DNA of 63,046 bases, counting the filler, from Piptocephalis cylindrospora (lineage: Eukaryota), in the NCBI GenBank assembly GCA_003614145.1. It is 4 parts of 4 records of this genome, joined end to end, with 100 filler letters (N's around TTAATTAATTAA, not from the genome) between each part and the next. Parts side by side here need not be neighbours in the genome. Positions count along the whole stretch, not along the records: positions 1 to 15,743 come from KZ987885.1; positions 15,844 to 31,556 come from KZ987886.1; 2 more parts are not named here. One strand, 5' to 3'. The number at the start of each line of letters is the position of its first letter. Positions within the stretch are counted from its first letter, which is position 1. The notes under the pieces were generated by a model. It made no database searches. It was given only the letters and a program-made list of their open reading frames with translations, and was not told the DNA's origin. This document shows positions 13,738 to 25,644 of the stretch, piece after piece. The translations under genes and the position numbers were made by a program.

Positions 13738-14709
13738 ATGTCCAGTGAAGAAGATCAGCTCGCATCAGTCCGTGCCACCATTGGAGAGGCATCCGGTAAG
13801 GAAGCGAGCCCATCTTCCCCTGATGGCACCGAGACGGCTGGTCAACCCACATCGCAGACGGTGTACGCCCGCAACCTGAACGAGAAAATCAAGCTTCCAG
13901 GTAGGTGAAAGAGAGGGGGATGAAAGAAAAAGCCTGGGTGCTAAAGAGCTAAGAGAACTCAATCGGTCGTCCCTTGAATAGTACTGAAGAAGGCGCTCAA
14001 GACATTATTTGGACAGTTTGGAGAGGTAGTGGACGTTGTGGCTTATAAGCATGTTTCGGCACGGGGCCAAGCATTTATCGTGTTCAAGACATTGGAGGAG
14101 GCGGGGAGGGCATTGTCAGAAGTACAGGATTTCCCCTTGTTTGGGAAGCCAATGGTAAGTATTTTGGCGTTGTGGCAAGGAAGATGGATGGAAGCTAACA
14201 CCAGGTGTATTTTCCCGAACGGTTAGGAACTGCAATATGCAAAGACGAAAAGCCTCGCAGCGGCAAAGCTAGACAGTACGGTGGAGGAAGTGCAGGAAGC
14301 ACGGAGACAAAAGGCGATTGAGAGAAAGGAGGCCGAGGCGATGCGTCGACGAAAGCGGTCAAGGGCTGTTGAGGAGGGAGAGGAGGAAGAGGAGGAGGAG
14401 ATGGGGAGAGAGAGGAAGAAGGCCCAAGGAGATGGAGATAAGACATCACAGGCAGTTCAGGACGACATGCTTCCTCCGTACCGGATCCTCTTCCTTCAAA
14501 GACTTCCTCCAGATGTTAGCTCGACGACTCTGGAGTCCCTCTTCCAAGGATTTCCTGGGTACAGGGAGGTACGACAGGTTCCAGCGCGACCCGACATTGC
14601 GTTCGTGGAGTACGACGAAGATGATCAAGCGGTTATGGCCAAGGAACAGCTCAATGGTTACACACTTGCTGAGGGACATCGTATGAAGGTGACTTATTCC
14701 CGGAGATGA
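13738..14709 (+). CDS. U1A/U2B'' (SNF-family) snRNP protein with two RRMs; 3 exons
   Basis: TVYARNLNEKIKLP|VLKKALKTLFGQFGEVVDVVAYKHVSARGQAFIVF...FPLFGKPM|ELQYAKTKS; second RRM ILFLQRLP...GYREVRQVPARPDIAFVEY. Confidence 0.92.
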
Positions 14710-14877
14710 GAAGGATGAGGGGGGGGGATATAAGAGGAACGGAGAGTACATTGTGAATGGAGGGTAAATTCACTGAATGATCGAATGAAGCCTTATTTGT
14801 TAAAGTGACACCATTAGGATGAAAGAGTGGATGGGACATGGATCAAGTGGTATTCATGGTGTTTCAGGTTATAACAG

Positions 14878-14902
14878 CAACAACAACAACAACAACAACA
14901 AC
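14878..14902. repeat. (CAA)n microsatellite
   Basis: caacaacaacaacaacaacaacaac between two convergent 3' ends. Confidence 0.9.
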
Positions 14903-14940
14903 AGGATTGATCTCAGCGACAAGGTCCGTATTGACAGGTT

Positions 14941-15357
14941 TTAGGCAAATAGCCAGGCACCAAGGGCACCGGCAACGACCTCGACCATGGGGACGGTGAT
15001 GTCGACGGCATCATTGCTATTGGGGGCACGGGTAGCAGAAGGAGTGGGACTGGTGGGTGGACGGCTGGTAGCTGTATTCATGCCACCGGAGGTGGTGGGC
15101 ATAGCACCGGAGGTGGTTCCCATGCCGCCAGTCGCGGTGTCTGAGGCAACACTCTCTCCCGAGGTAGATCCGGGGCTAACAACGCTGGTGGCGCGGGAGG
15201 AAATGTCGGTACCAATGCTGACGACGCCGCTGGTGACACCGTTCCAAGCGCTGGTGACCCCACCGACGAGCCCGCCGCGCGTCGGTGAAGGCTCCTGAGC
15301 CATGGCGATGGCAGGGAGAAGGCCAAGGAGGATGGAGGAAGTGAGATGAGAGTGCAT
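14941..15357 (-). CDS. Small secreted Ser/Thr/Gly-rich, probably GPI-anchored cell-surface protein (about 138 aa)
   Basis: Signal peptide MHSHLTSSILLGLLPAIAMA; S/T-rich body; C-terminal omega-like NSNDA followed by hydrophobic VPMVEVVAGALGAWLFA. Confidence 0.8.
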   Translation of the reverse strand: MHSHLTSSILLGLLPAIAMAQEPSPTRGGLVGGVTSAWNGVTSGVVSIGTDISSRATSVVSPGSTSGESVASDTATGGMGTTSGAMPTTSGGMNTATSRPPTSPTPSATRAPNSNDAVDITVPMVEVVAGALGAWLFA

Positions 15358-15743
15358 GATGATGGGATGCAAGAAGCGGAGCTGAGTAGTGATGATGGAA
15401 TGTAAAATGCAATAGATAAAGTGTATTGTCCAGATGGGAAAGGTAGTGAAGTGCGTAGGTCCTTTTATAGTAGAGGAGAGGAGACATAATGCGAAGTTAG
15501 ATGCGGTGCACCCATGCCGAAGAACACGTAAGCTTCCTCCCTTCCCCCCCCCCCCCCCCCTTTCTCTGAGAAGGGGAGCAGTACATGCTTTTGAGAATGC
15601 AGGGGAAAAGATCACGGCCACCAAGGAAAAGAAAAAACAAAAAAAAAACGATGCCTTTTCCGTGGGCCCGGAAAGTGTCGAGGGCATTTATCCCCGATCC
15701 TCTCGGGCACCAAGTGCTGTGCTGACGGAGGCTTAATCATCTA

Positions 15744-15843
15744 NNNNNNNNNNNNNNNNNNNNNNNNNNNNNNNNNNNNNNNNNNNNTTAATTAATTAAN
15801 NNNNNNNNNNNNNNNNNNNNNNNNNNNNNNNNNNNNNNNNNNN
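15744..15843. other. Artificial contig-join spacer (N44-TTAATTAATTAA-N44)
   Basis: 100-bp N run containing a six-frame stop linker at 15788-15799. Confidence 0.98.
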
Positions 15844-16177
15844 ATACAATAGGGTTTAGCGGTCTTTACGTGTGTCTGGGTGCTGTTTTGGAAGGCTAGC
15901 GTCTAGGGTACTCAGGCATATGAAGGTATAAAGTTAAGGCTTAGGATGGCGTGGGGTGATTTTAGGGGTTTTTGAGATTTATTTTCGTGGGGAGATTAGA
16001 TATATCAACGAAACTCTGGCCAATAGTAGATGAGCACGCTGCAAATGCGGAGTGTAAATATCAGCCAATAGGAGCGTAGCAGTCACGTGATATCGAGGTG
16101 TCCCCTATACTAAATTTGATCCTAGGAACGTAGCAATCACGTGGTATCGAGGTGTTCCCTATACTAAATTTGATCCC
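15844..16177 (-). mobile_element. Possible terminus of a DNA transposon, cut by the contig end
   Basis: On the minus strand TTA|GGGATCAAATTTAGTATAGGG begins the duplicated unit, followed by two CCAAT boxes; it lies at a contig edge. No transposase or second TIR is visible. Confidence 0.35.
16069..16176. repeat. Tandem duplication of a 54-bp unit, each copy with an RTCACGTG motif
   Basis: taggagcgtagcagtcacgtgatatcgaggtgtcccctatactaaatttgatcc / taggaacgtagcaatcacgtggtatcgaggtgttccctatactaaatttgatcc. Confidence 0.92.
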
Positions 16178-16804
16178 TAATTAATTTACGTTTGTATTTT
16201 CTAAAAGCTTGACTTCAGGGCATCAGATGATCTAATCTATGTTTCATGAGACGTTGTATGCTCTCTGTAATGGTCCTTGTACTCTAAGACATCAAAACAT
16301 TTGAACACTTTTTGGGGACGCTGTACTTAAGAAATAAGCTAATAAAGCAAAAAATAGTACTATCCGGTACTAATAATTTATATATCCGTAATCAGTGCTT
16401 CGAAGGCAATTGAGTGGTATATATTAGAACGTTGGATCGTGGACCATTTATTCTAAAGATTAGCCGATGCCTGTAGTGCCTGGAAGAAGAAGGTTAGTGC
16501 CTGGAAGAAGGTTATTAATAGGGTATACGTCAGGGACAATGCCTCTGGTGCCAAACATGCTGGCCTGGGGAGATACGTTTGAATGCTCTGTAGTCTGCTC
16601 CATGAGGGAGAATATGCTGGCTTTACCGTCATCACCAAATACCCTTGGCCCACTCATCTCGATGCAGTGCGTAACATAAATATAACGTGATCCAAGATAC
16701 TTTCTCGATTGGCGCACAATAAACCATCATTTCCAAACATCGCAATAGGGAGCAAGGACTTATTCATAGATTACCCTTAATGCATAGGTACATGTGGTGG
16801 CTCC

Positions 16805-19108
16805 TCAGCACATCACCTCAGCCACATGATACTGCAAACCTTCCCAAGGCCGAGAAAGGAGGCCCTCGACATCGTCCAAATTAAGATGGGGCCATGATTG
16901 ATGAACGTATCGTATTCCAGGAGGCCTATTGTGTTCATTTACCGTGCCGGGAAAGGCCAAAAGTGTTCTGTGGCACGGACATACAATGTGAGATGAATGA
17001 ACGGCATTTAGTACGGCGATGATCATTATGGCATTTTACGCAGATAATTCCTTTCACGGTCAAATGGAGGCACTTACCGATGGCCATTATGTTCTAACGT
17101 GGTACTTTTCGTTATTCTGGCGTCTTCCTTACTCCCTCTTATATTGTAAATATAATCTATCCAACCGGTACCTTTGTCATCCTTCGTCTCATTCGGCTCA
17201 AAGTTACAAAGGCCCTTAATGCGTAGGTCTTGGAGAGTACTAATTATCTCCTTCCCCGATTTACTCCCAGCATCAATGATCTCAACTGCACTCGTACCTA
17301 GAGGTATTCGGAAGAAAGGGGGTGGGGAGGGTGGGAAATCAGATCCCTGTGCAGGAGTTTACCAGAGGCGTTTTATAAACAGATCACTATTCGTAACTCA
17401 ACCATTTTCTTGCTATGCACTTACCCCGCGGAATGCCCGTAAGATGACGAGGGGGCATATATCCTTTCCAGAAGATTAGGGTCAAAGACCCATTGGGAGG
17501 GCCAGTAGTATACTCATTTTCCGATGGAGCTGACCTCCATTGATCTCCCATCCACATGGCCGTGCGTGCAATACCGCCTTGATGGGCCCAACCAAAGAGA
17601 GTGGAGAGGGCGAGACCATAAGTCAACCACAATGCCCAAAACCCCAACGAGAAGCGCTGTAGAGGCGCACGATCCGCAGACCTCCCATTCACTAGGGCAA
17701 AGATGGTGGGGACCAGGGCAGGGAGGAGAAAGCGGGCTTCTTGGTGAGGGGCCAAAGAGAGGAAGAATAGGCCAAAGAGGGATGAACCACTGGCAATTAA
17801 GGGAATAAGGCTTGCACGCAAGAGATGTCGACTGCGCACTCGTACCAGTGATCTTAAGGCCATATAGGATAAGGGACCAAGGAGCAAGGGTGCATTGACA
17901 AGAATGTGGAGCCAACGGGGATGAAGGCCATGGTGAGAAAGATTGTCGACGTTCATATTGTACAGCAGATTATTCAATGGTGTCAATACGGCGTGCCCTC
18001 GGACTTGAACGTGCCCAGGAGAACTGGAAATGAAAGGAAGCGATTCAAGTAAAGAAGAGGGAAAGATCCAGGAGAGAAAAGAGGTAAAGAGGGAAGGAAG
18101 GAGGCTGACGACCATAGAAAGGTTAACGGGCTGTACAGTGGTTCCCCAGCCCTCTTTCCCGCCCCCTTGGACAACTTCCACAACCAAGGATCCATAATAC
18201 AGTGAGTCAGCAAGGACGGCCAGGAGAGACACCGAGAAAATACCACCAATGGTTGCGGAGGTCAAGTGCAGGAGGGAAAGGAGGTCGATGGAAGAGCGAC
18301 GGTAGTGCGAGGTCATGATCCACAGCCATCCGAGACCAAGGGGAAAGGCAAAGGCTGTGAAAGTGATACGGCAGAACATACCAAGCCCTAGGAGAGCTCC
18401 AAAGGCCAGTGAGGTCTTAAGGGGGACGGACGCAGGGCTGAGAATGATACCAGAGGATGAGGTAATTTTTCGAGAGTGAGATAAGCTTCTTTGTAGTTGA
18501 CATAAGAGGGCAAGGGCTCCTGCTAGGATGGATGCCTCCTGGGCGTTGGAAAATGGTCGCACCAGAAAAGTGAGAGCTGGGAAGGAAGTGGAGAGGAGGA
18601 TAAGACCAATCCATCGACTGTCCGGCTCACGAAGCAAGCTGGCCAGGGAAAGATCAAGGGTAAAGGAAAGGAGGAGAGATGACATTCTCTCAGTGAAAAA
18701 GATAGCCCAAGGGCTAGGGATACCCCCCGCTGGAAGGACGGTGGACACTAAGGGCAACGAGGACCCGAGGGCATAGACAGCGCGAAGGAGGTAGAGAGGT
18801 ACACCATAGAGCAGGGATGGGATGAGGATAGGCCGACAGGGGAATTCTGGATTGAACTCCCAAGCACGAAAGGCTTTTAGGCCAAGGACATCCTCGGCTA
18901 GGACCTCCGGACCTTGAAAGTACTCATCAGGGTGCATGTAGCCTGACCCTGCCAAGGCAAACACAACCCGAGTAATGAGTGCTGCCATATAAAGGGAGCG
19001 TCGATGCTCCCAGAGAAAAGTGATCGGTGGACCCATGGACGCGTGTGTTTGTGGGGAGAGAGGGAAAGGGGATGGAGTGGAGTCAAGTGGAATACTTGAT
19101 GACACCAT
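16805..19108 (-). CDS. SMP3: GPI mannosyltransferase 4 (Smp3/PIG-Z, Alg9-like GT22 family), multi-exon
   Basis: GYMHPDEYFQGPEVLA, AWEF...PCR, RPFSNAQE, NNLLYN...LSHHGLHPRWLHILVN, LSLAPHQEARFLLP, HQGGI, FWKGYMPPRHL; last exon (ORF 16805-17026) carries WPHLNLDD. Confidence 0.93.
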
Positions 19109-19273
19109 GAAATCACTCTCCTTTTATATAGCCCGACCTTACATGTGCGTCAAGCGGACCCGACGCATTGATGAGGACGCGTGCACCATCTCCCATTTGA
19201 TGGAATTTACAGCAACCTTTGTTGACCACATGAAGACTTTTTCACTTCCCGCTTCCCTCCTTCCATTTCCTGC

Positions 19274-20104
19274 ATGAAAACACCCAAAGCTAACACGAAT
19301 GCGGCCACTCAGCCCAGCGGGGTGGAGAAATACTTCTCAGAATCTTCGTTTGCCAAGGCACAGGAGGGGGAGGATAGGTGCAGTATTCATAGTACCGGGA
19401 GAACATCGAGCACGTCCTTTAATGCCGCTGCACATTTGCTCCAACTACGTTTTCTTCATGCACGAACGCAGCATGCCTTTCGGACGCGGATGACTAGGGT
19501 ACGCGAGGAATTAGAGAAGCTTTGTTTAACAGAGAAACGCTTACGGTGGCGACTGACGACGCTTCAATTGGCTGAAGTGGAGCAAGGGACAGGGTTGCCT
19601 TGGGTTCTCGATACGCTCCAGTCCCAGGCTACCATGCTTGCCCGACTAAACGACATGCTCTCTAGAGCGGGTATCCCGTATGAAAAATTAACTGAAACAA
19701 TCGATCGTGGGTCGTCGCTCCTTCCCTTGCATCCCACGTTGAGCATTCGCGATTTAGATGGTAAAATGATTTAGTATGTGTGAGGAGTGGGCACCGTATC
19801 CCTAATTAATATCTTCCCTTTTTCTTCTCCACGTACCCGGCCTATAATCTTTTGGATAGAGCAAAGTATGGTGTCGAACATGAAGGATATAGCTCTCACT
19901 GTGAGATTGTCCATGGATAACCATGAGGAGATACGGTTGATAAAGGAGACCGCTACGTGGCTACGGAAGATACATCATACAGTGGCTTTTGTACAGCGTG
20001 CCATCAGAGAGATTCAGAACCTTACGATAACTTTGGTATCCCTCTCCGAGGTACAAATGGCCAAAGGATTATTATCTACAGAGACCTTTCAATCCATGAA
20101 ATGA
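19274..20104 (+). CDS. Coiled-coil protein resembling HAUS8/QWRF (augmin subunit 8); 2 exons, intron about 19760-19859
   Basis: ORFs 19274-19774 and 19787-20104 join via a GT-AG intron; motif HLLQLRFLHARTQHAF followed by helical coiled-coil. Family assignment is tentative. Confidence 0.55.
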
Positions 20105-20229
20105 ACCATATTCCCTCACTCTTTCCCAGATAGGTCTCTCTGGCTCATATGGCTGCCCGCATTCCCTTCGCAATCACAGATCCAGATGGCTCGCTCCCCT
20201 AACTTTATATTACCCTTCTGTCACTTTCC

Positions 20230-23200
20230 CTACCCATCCACCTCCATGGCATCCTCCTCCACAGTCACCTCCATCAAATCCTCTTCTTCCATCTCCTCCT
20301 CTTCTTCTTCCTCTTGGACTTGTCTCCGCCGCCTCTTGTTTATCCGCCTTCTTTTGGACCCCGCACCCGAATTACCTCGTCTCCCGGATATCTCCTCCTC
20401 GGCCTTCCGGGCCAAGTTGGCCTCCTCGAGATTACCTTGAGCAATGGAAGTGATTTGGGCCAGGAACTCTTCCACTGCCGTACGAAGCTCCTCTGAGGCT
20501 TCTCCTCCCCCAACACCTCCCTTGCCAAGGCGGGCTCGGCCCAACACATCCCGGAAGTGTCCGAGGACCACGGGATCATGCAGGGTGTGTCGGTAAAGAG
20601 GGAGGGCATCCTGGAGGTGTCGGAAAGTTTTCTCTGTCCGGATGGGTAGGAGGGAAATGCACAAGGCCGCATCTCGCCACTGCCTAACCCCTTCCTGGGC
20701 AACTCTACTCTCCTTTCCACTGGAGCTCCCATTTCCACTTCCACTTCCTCCGCTCATGCCTCCCGCCCCACGAACCCCGCCGAGCCTCTGACACAGACGA
20801 ACGACCAGAGGGTCAATGTACCGGGCATTCCCTAGGCCTCCCAGCAAGTCCCCCATCATACCCCCCAACCCAGCTCCACCCCCTCCATCCGCCCCGCTCC
20901 CACCACCACCACCACCAGTGAAACCGCCTGCAGTCGCAGCAGCCTTGACTCCTGCCAAAATGCCACTGACCCCTCCAGTTCCTTTCCCCGCTCCGCCACC
21001 CCCGGTCGCGCTGATAGCCAATGGAAGAAGAAAACGCATGACTCGAGCAAAAGAGGCCTCGTCCGGCAGGGCCCCGTGAGGTGAGGAAGAAAGGTGGGAG
21101 ATGAGATCAGGGAGATGGGAGAGTAGGGAAAGGGGGTCTTTGGCGGCGAGTTGACTGAAGAACAACCGGGCAAGATCGACATTCCGAGTGTCCGTATCTT
21201 CCAGAGACCCTGCAAGATCACCTAAATGTCCTTTAACCTTGATCATGCCATGGAGGATAAGGTGAGTAAGGACAAGTAGGGCGGCACGACGCACTCGAGA
21301 ATCCTTATCCTTAAGTCGGCCATACAAGGAGGCGACATGAGGTTCGAGGAGGCTGGCGAAGGAAACTGTCAAGTCTCCAAGGATGATGACCAAATTCCCC
21401 CGAAGAGATGGGAGGGATGTAGTTCGTTGCATCAGGGTTAATAGAAGGGGCAAATGCTTCTCACAGTACGTGGCGGATACGCACATAATCTTGCCGAGAG
21501 AAAGGGTGGCAGAGAGCAAGAGAATTGGGTGCTGGTGGAAGGATTGGAGGGGCGATGAGTCAATAAAAGAGAACGATAGTAAGTTCATTCTTTCATCACG
21601 TTTGTCCATCCCATCAGATAACAGCAAATGCCCTTCATATAGGAGAAAGTCTTACCAATTCAGCCCGACTTGAAGCAATGTACGGAAGGATCCCGGCAAA
21701 GGGAGCCAGTAAAGCATCTTCTCCGTAAAGCAAGTGTCTTTCCCGCAGAAGATGCATGGCCTCCATGACTACCTCATCCTCCCCTCCTCCGCCTCCTCCA
21801 CCAACCTGATCTAGTTCATCTTCCTCGGCTCCTCCCCCACCACTAGCACTTCCCCCACTCTCTCTTCTTCCCCCCCCCGCCCTGGCCCTTTTCGTTCTGC
21901 GATCCGCGAAGACGTCGTCGCTTTAGTTCCCCTTCAACTTCCTCCATGTACACAATTTGCCGTAGGGCCACATGACCCGCAAGGAAAATCCACTGAGAGA
22001 GGGCGAGGGCATTGGCGGACTGAGCTATTCCACTTCCTCCACTGTTACTCGGGGTCTGGGAAAGGAAGACACTCTTATCCCCGTCCATATCTCCTTTGCT
22101 CTTATCCCCTTGGCTTATCGTCTCTTCCTCGTTCTCATCCTCAGAGAGAAAGACTCGATTGGTGAGATGCTTGAGTAGGCGCTCGGACCATGCATCAGGC
22201 CTTTGACTAATGCGGTACACTGTGTTGAGGACAGCCTCAGCCAGGGAAAACCAAAGAAGAGGTGATTGATCACGGGTCTCCTCATCGGTCCCTTTCTCCA
22301 ATTCGTCATTTTTCCTGCCCTTACTCTTGTCTTTAGTGCCTGCCTCTGCATCCTCCTCGGCCCCTCCCTCCCCAGTGTCCAAGAGAATATCCCGAAGAGC
22401 GCTTAGGATGACAAATCCTTCTCCTCCCTCCTCATCCCTTAGCCGAAGCCCACTGGAACCTTCCCCACCCAGGATGCCCTTGCCATTAGCATTGGGATCG
22501 GCTCCCAGCGTGGAGAGGGCTTCACAGCTATATCGCGCCAGGATATAATCCTGTCGACCAGCCTCCCCAAGTCCAACCCGAAGGATCAAATCAACATTTT
22601 CCCCGACAACGCGTCGATCCGCTTTTCCAAGCATGCGGAGGAGAAGGACGGCCGCTCGTCGATTTCGTCTCGCCTGGTCCCTTTCGCCCTCCTCTTTTCC
22701 ATTATCCTCTTCACTCTTCTTCTCCTCTTCCTCTTCATCTTCCCCAGGCTCAAAGGAGCGACCATAGGTACCTTTCTGGCCAACCCGGGCCCTTCTTCTT
22801 TGCCCCCTCTCCTCCTTCTTTGACCCTGTCTTTTCATCCCCCTTTCCTCCGGTGCCATGGCGATAAATGGCCCAAAGTTGGTGAACAATGGGGCGTAGGG
22901 CCACGGGAGAGGGGGAACCACTCGGGCCCCGGCTCTGGACAAGCTCCATGAGTAGTTGCTCCAAGGAGGTGAGCTCGGTGAGGCCGGAACTACCGGCTAA
23001 TCGGATTAGCCGGCTCACTACCTCCTGTACTCCCAGCTTGTCTCGGAGGGTACGGGGAGGCGAGGGGGTAAAGTAGATCTCCTTGTAGGCCTCAATCAAA
23101 CGGGACCGAATACTCCTTCCTCCACCTGTCCCTGCCGTCCCGCCCAGGAGTCCATCCTCATCCATTGGCTGAGTAGTAGATGTAGGGGCAGTAGCGCTCG

Positions 23201-25472
23201 CACCTCCATCCTTACTCCATACCAAATGAACCATCTTCCGTATTCCCTCCTCAGAGGCCTCCAGACCGTACCTATGAGCAACAACGAAGAATTCCATGGC
23301 ATCTACTACTTCGGCTCGGTGAGTAGATCCGAGGAGTTGAGTGAGAAGTGGGATGGCCTCCTCCATTTGCTCCACAAATGCTAGAGCATCCTGGTAGTAC
23401 CGGAGCTGTACTTGGAGGATCTGGAAACGCTTATCCGTCCCTACCATTTTAGCTTGTTGGAGCAGGGCTTCCCCTAGGGGCTCTGATGGACGCACAGCTT
23501 GGACTGGAGGAGAGGAGCCTATCAGGGCAAATTGATCCCCGTCATCATCATCATCACCTTCTGTCACCTCTTTATCTTCCATTTCATCTTCCTCATTTGT
23601 TTCATGCTCTTCATCTTTGTGCTCATCGGTCACTTGGGTACACTCATTCATCTCGGCATCTACGGTAGCTTGAACGCTTCCTTGTACATACCGCTGTAAC
23701 TCTTCCTCAAGATCCTGTAGGCCTTGCTTCACTTTCTTCATCCTACGCTCCAAGAGTCGACGACCAATGGGGCCTCCATCCATGAGAAATGGATGAGTTC
23801 GGATCCATTGAGTAAGAAGACGTATGGCCTGAACCCGGACTTGAGAGGATATGTCCTCTAAGCGACCACTGGTCAACTCTACCAGCCTCCCTCTTCTTCG
23901 AGGGAACTTGGCTTTACTATCACTTAGGCGGTAGAGAACCTGGAGTGTCTTTGATCGCACATAAGCGCTTGTATCCCGGAATCGATCCTCGAGAAGGTCA
24001 AAATATCCTTCTACTGCCTTGATTCGGCTTTGACCCTCACCTCCACCCTCCCGGCCGCCAGAATCACCCCCAGATTGCCCACTGTTTTGAGACACTTCTC
24101 CCCCTCGGCTATCTTGGTCCTCCCGGAGCAGAGCGTCGAGTACATGTCCGATGACTTGGACCATGGCACATCGCATCTGATAATGCTCCACATCGAGTAG
24201 ACGAATGATATGGACCATTTGTCGAGACAAGGTCTTTGGGGCCAGGGAGGCGTAATGAGTGAGGAAACGACCAAAGGAGCGAGGAAGTGTGGAAGACGAT
24301 TGGGCGGGAAAATCTACTCCTGCTACATGCCTAATGTAAGGAAGATGATAAAGCTAAAGCTGAGTATAGGACATGGCACGCGAATAGGGGTCTGAGTCTC
24401 CTCTTACGAAACCTTGTTGATTTTACTTACCGAAGGACCTCATCCGAGAGGGTCGGAGATTCTGCTTGAGCCTGGGTAATCTGGTACAGGAGATTGGCCA
24501 TGGGCTCCGACATGTATTCATAATACTGAAGGTTCTGAATCATGGTCGTCCTTGCTCCCAGTCCATGATGGTACCGAGTGACACACATAGAAACAATATT
24601 ATAGGCCTTGGCAGTGATCTTAGCATCCTTGAGGGAGGAAGGTTGTTCTAGGATGCGATAAGTAGCCTTGGTGATGAGGTGGATCAGGCCTTCGAGTTCT
24701 GGGCCTGAGAGATAGAGATTATGGAGTCGAAGCTTTAGAGTAGCCAGATGGGCGGTGAGGAGGCGAACGAGGATACGGGAGTGAGACTGTCCAGCCTGTA
24801 GGGCGGCCTGAGTTGACCCCTTGGATCTTTTTGAAGTCACTAACTTCTACGATTTCATCATGAAAAGCATGGATAAAGAAGTAACATGAAGATCGTTACA
24901 TAATCACCTGAACATGAAATAAAAGGGATACTCTGCCCCTAAAACATCTTACCTTACTCGTTGTCGGAGAGACCTCGAGGAGAGAGACGATCCACTGAAC
25001 AAGGAAGGCGTACAGCTCGAGCTCTCGACGCTTACGCTTGTCCCCTTCTCCCCCATTCACATCATCCATGCTTTCATGGTACGGGTTCGTCTCTCCTACG
25101 GTGACCAAGGCCTTGACAGTGGCCTCATAACCAGAGAGAATGATGTCGACCAACCGATGCTGCAATACTACCTCAGAAAGGCCAGTGTATTGGGCAAGGC
25201 AACGTCTTGCCTGGTCAAAGACATCCTTCTCCTGAAGTCTCCACGGGCACCCAATCAAGGCTTCGGTTAACTCTGGGGGGGAGCATTGTTGCCGAGTAGG
25301 CATGTGAGGGAGAGGATGGGACACGAAGCATGAATCTCATAGAAATCCTACCGTCAAGGGCAGCTTGGAAGGCTGAACGATCGCTTGGGTCCAGTGCCTG
25401 GCCAGGAATGTACATTTCCCCGTTTTCCAAATCAAGCAATACTTCCTGGATATCCACATCGGTATCACTCAT
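20230..25472 (-). CDS. YCS4: Condensin I HEAT subunit Cnd1/Ycs4 (CAP-D2), multi-exon
   Basis: ELELYAFLVQW, QNLQYYEYMSEPMA, EHYQMRCAMVQVIG, DTSAYVRSKTLQ, GRLEDISSQVR, GIRKMVHLVWSK, KIMCVSATYCEKHL, RGNLVIILGDL, LTHLILHGMIKVKG. Confidence 0.95.
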
Positions 25473-25638
25473 GCCTTTATCTCTCGACGTATGTGTGTGG
25501 GGGGAGGGAGAAGTGAGGGAGGCGGGAAGAGATGCAGCAGGTAGGTAAGGAATGGATATTTGCCAAAGAATGGGGGAAGGTGCAAAGGAAGAGTGATGTA
25601 AAGACGACGAGGTAAGGCTACCAGGGTCACTTAAAGCG

Positions 25639-25644
25639 ACGCGT
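25639..25644. promoter_or_regulatory. MCB-like box (ACGCGT) upstream of YCS4/Cnd1
   Basis: gcgACGCGTcaac about 170 bp upstream of the ATG. Confidence 0.45.

Noticed and set aside
15788..15799. TTAATTAATTAA as a biological motif (PacI or piggyBac TTAA site)
   Set aside because: It is embedded symmetrically in N runs three times, so it is an assembly linker.
15844..15975. Degenerate telomere-like TTAGGG words at the contig start
   Set aside because: The words are scattered and not tandem, which is insufficient support.
16069..16176. CRISPR-like or point-centromere interpretation of the 54-bp repeat
   Set aside because: There are only two abutting copies with no spacer in a eukaryotic context, and no CDEII/CDEIII arrangement is visible.
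16460..16717. ORF with GIVPDV resembling a PEBP N-terminus
   Set aside because: No other PEBP motifs (DPDAP, HRY) and no plausible continuation are present.
16805..17026. Apparent stand-alone ORF or transposon remnant
   Set aside because: It splices onto SMP3 as the last exon (…HNGHR|TLLAFP…HLNLDD).
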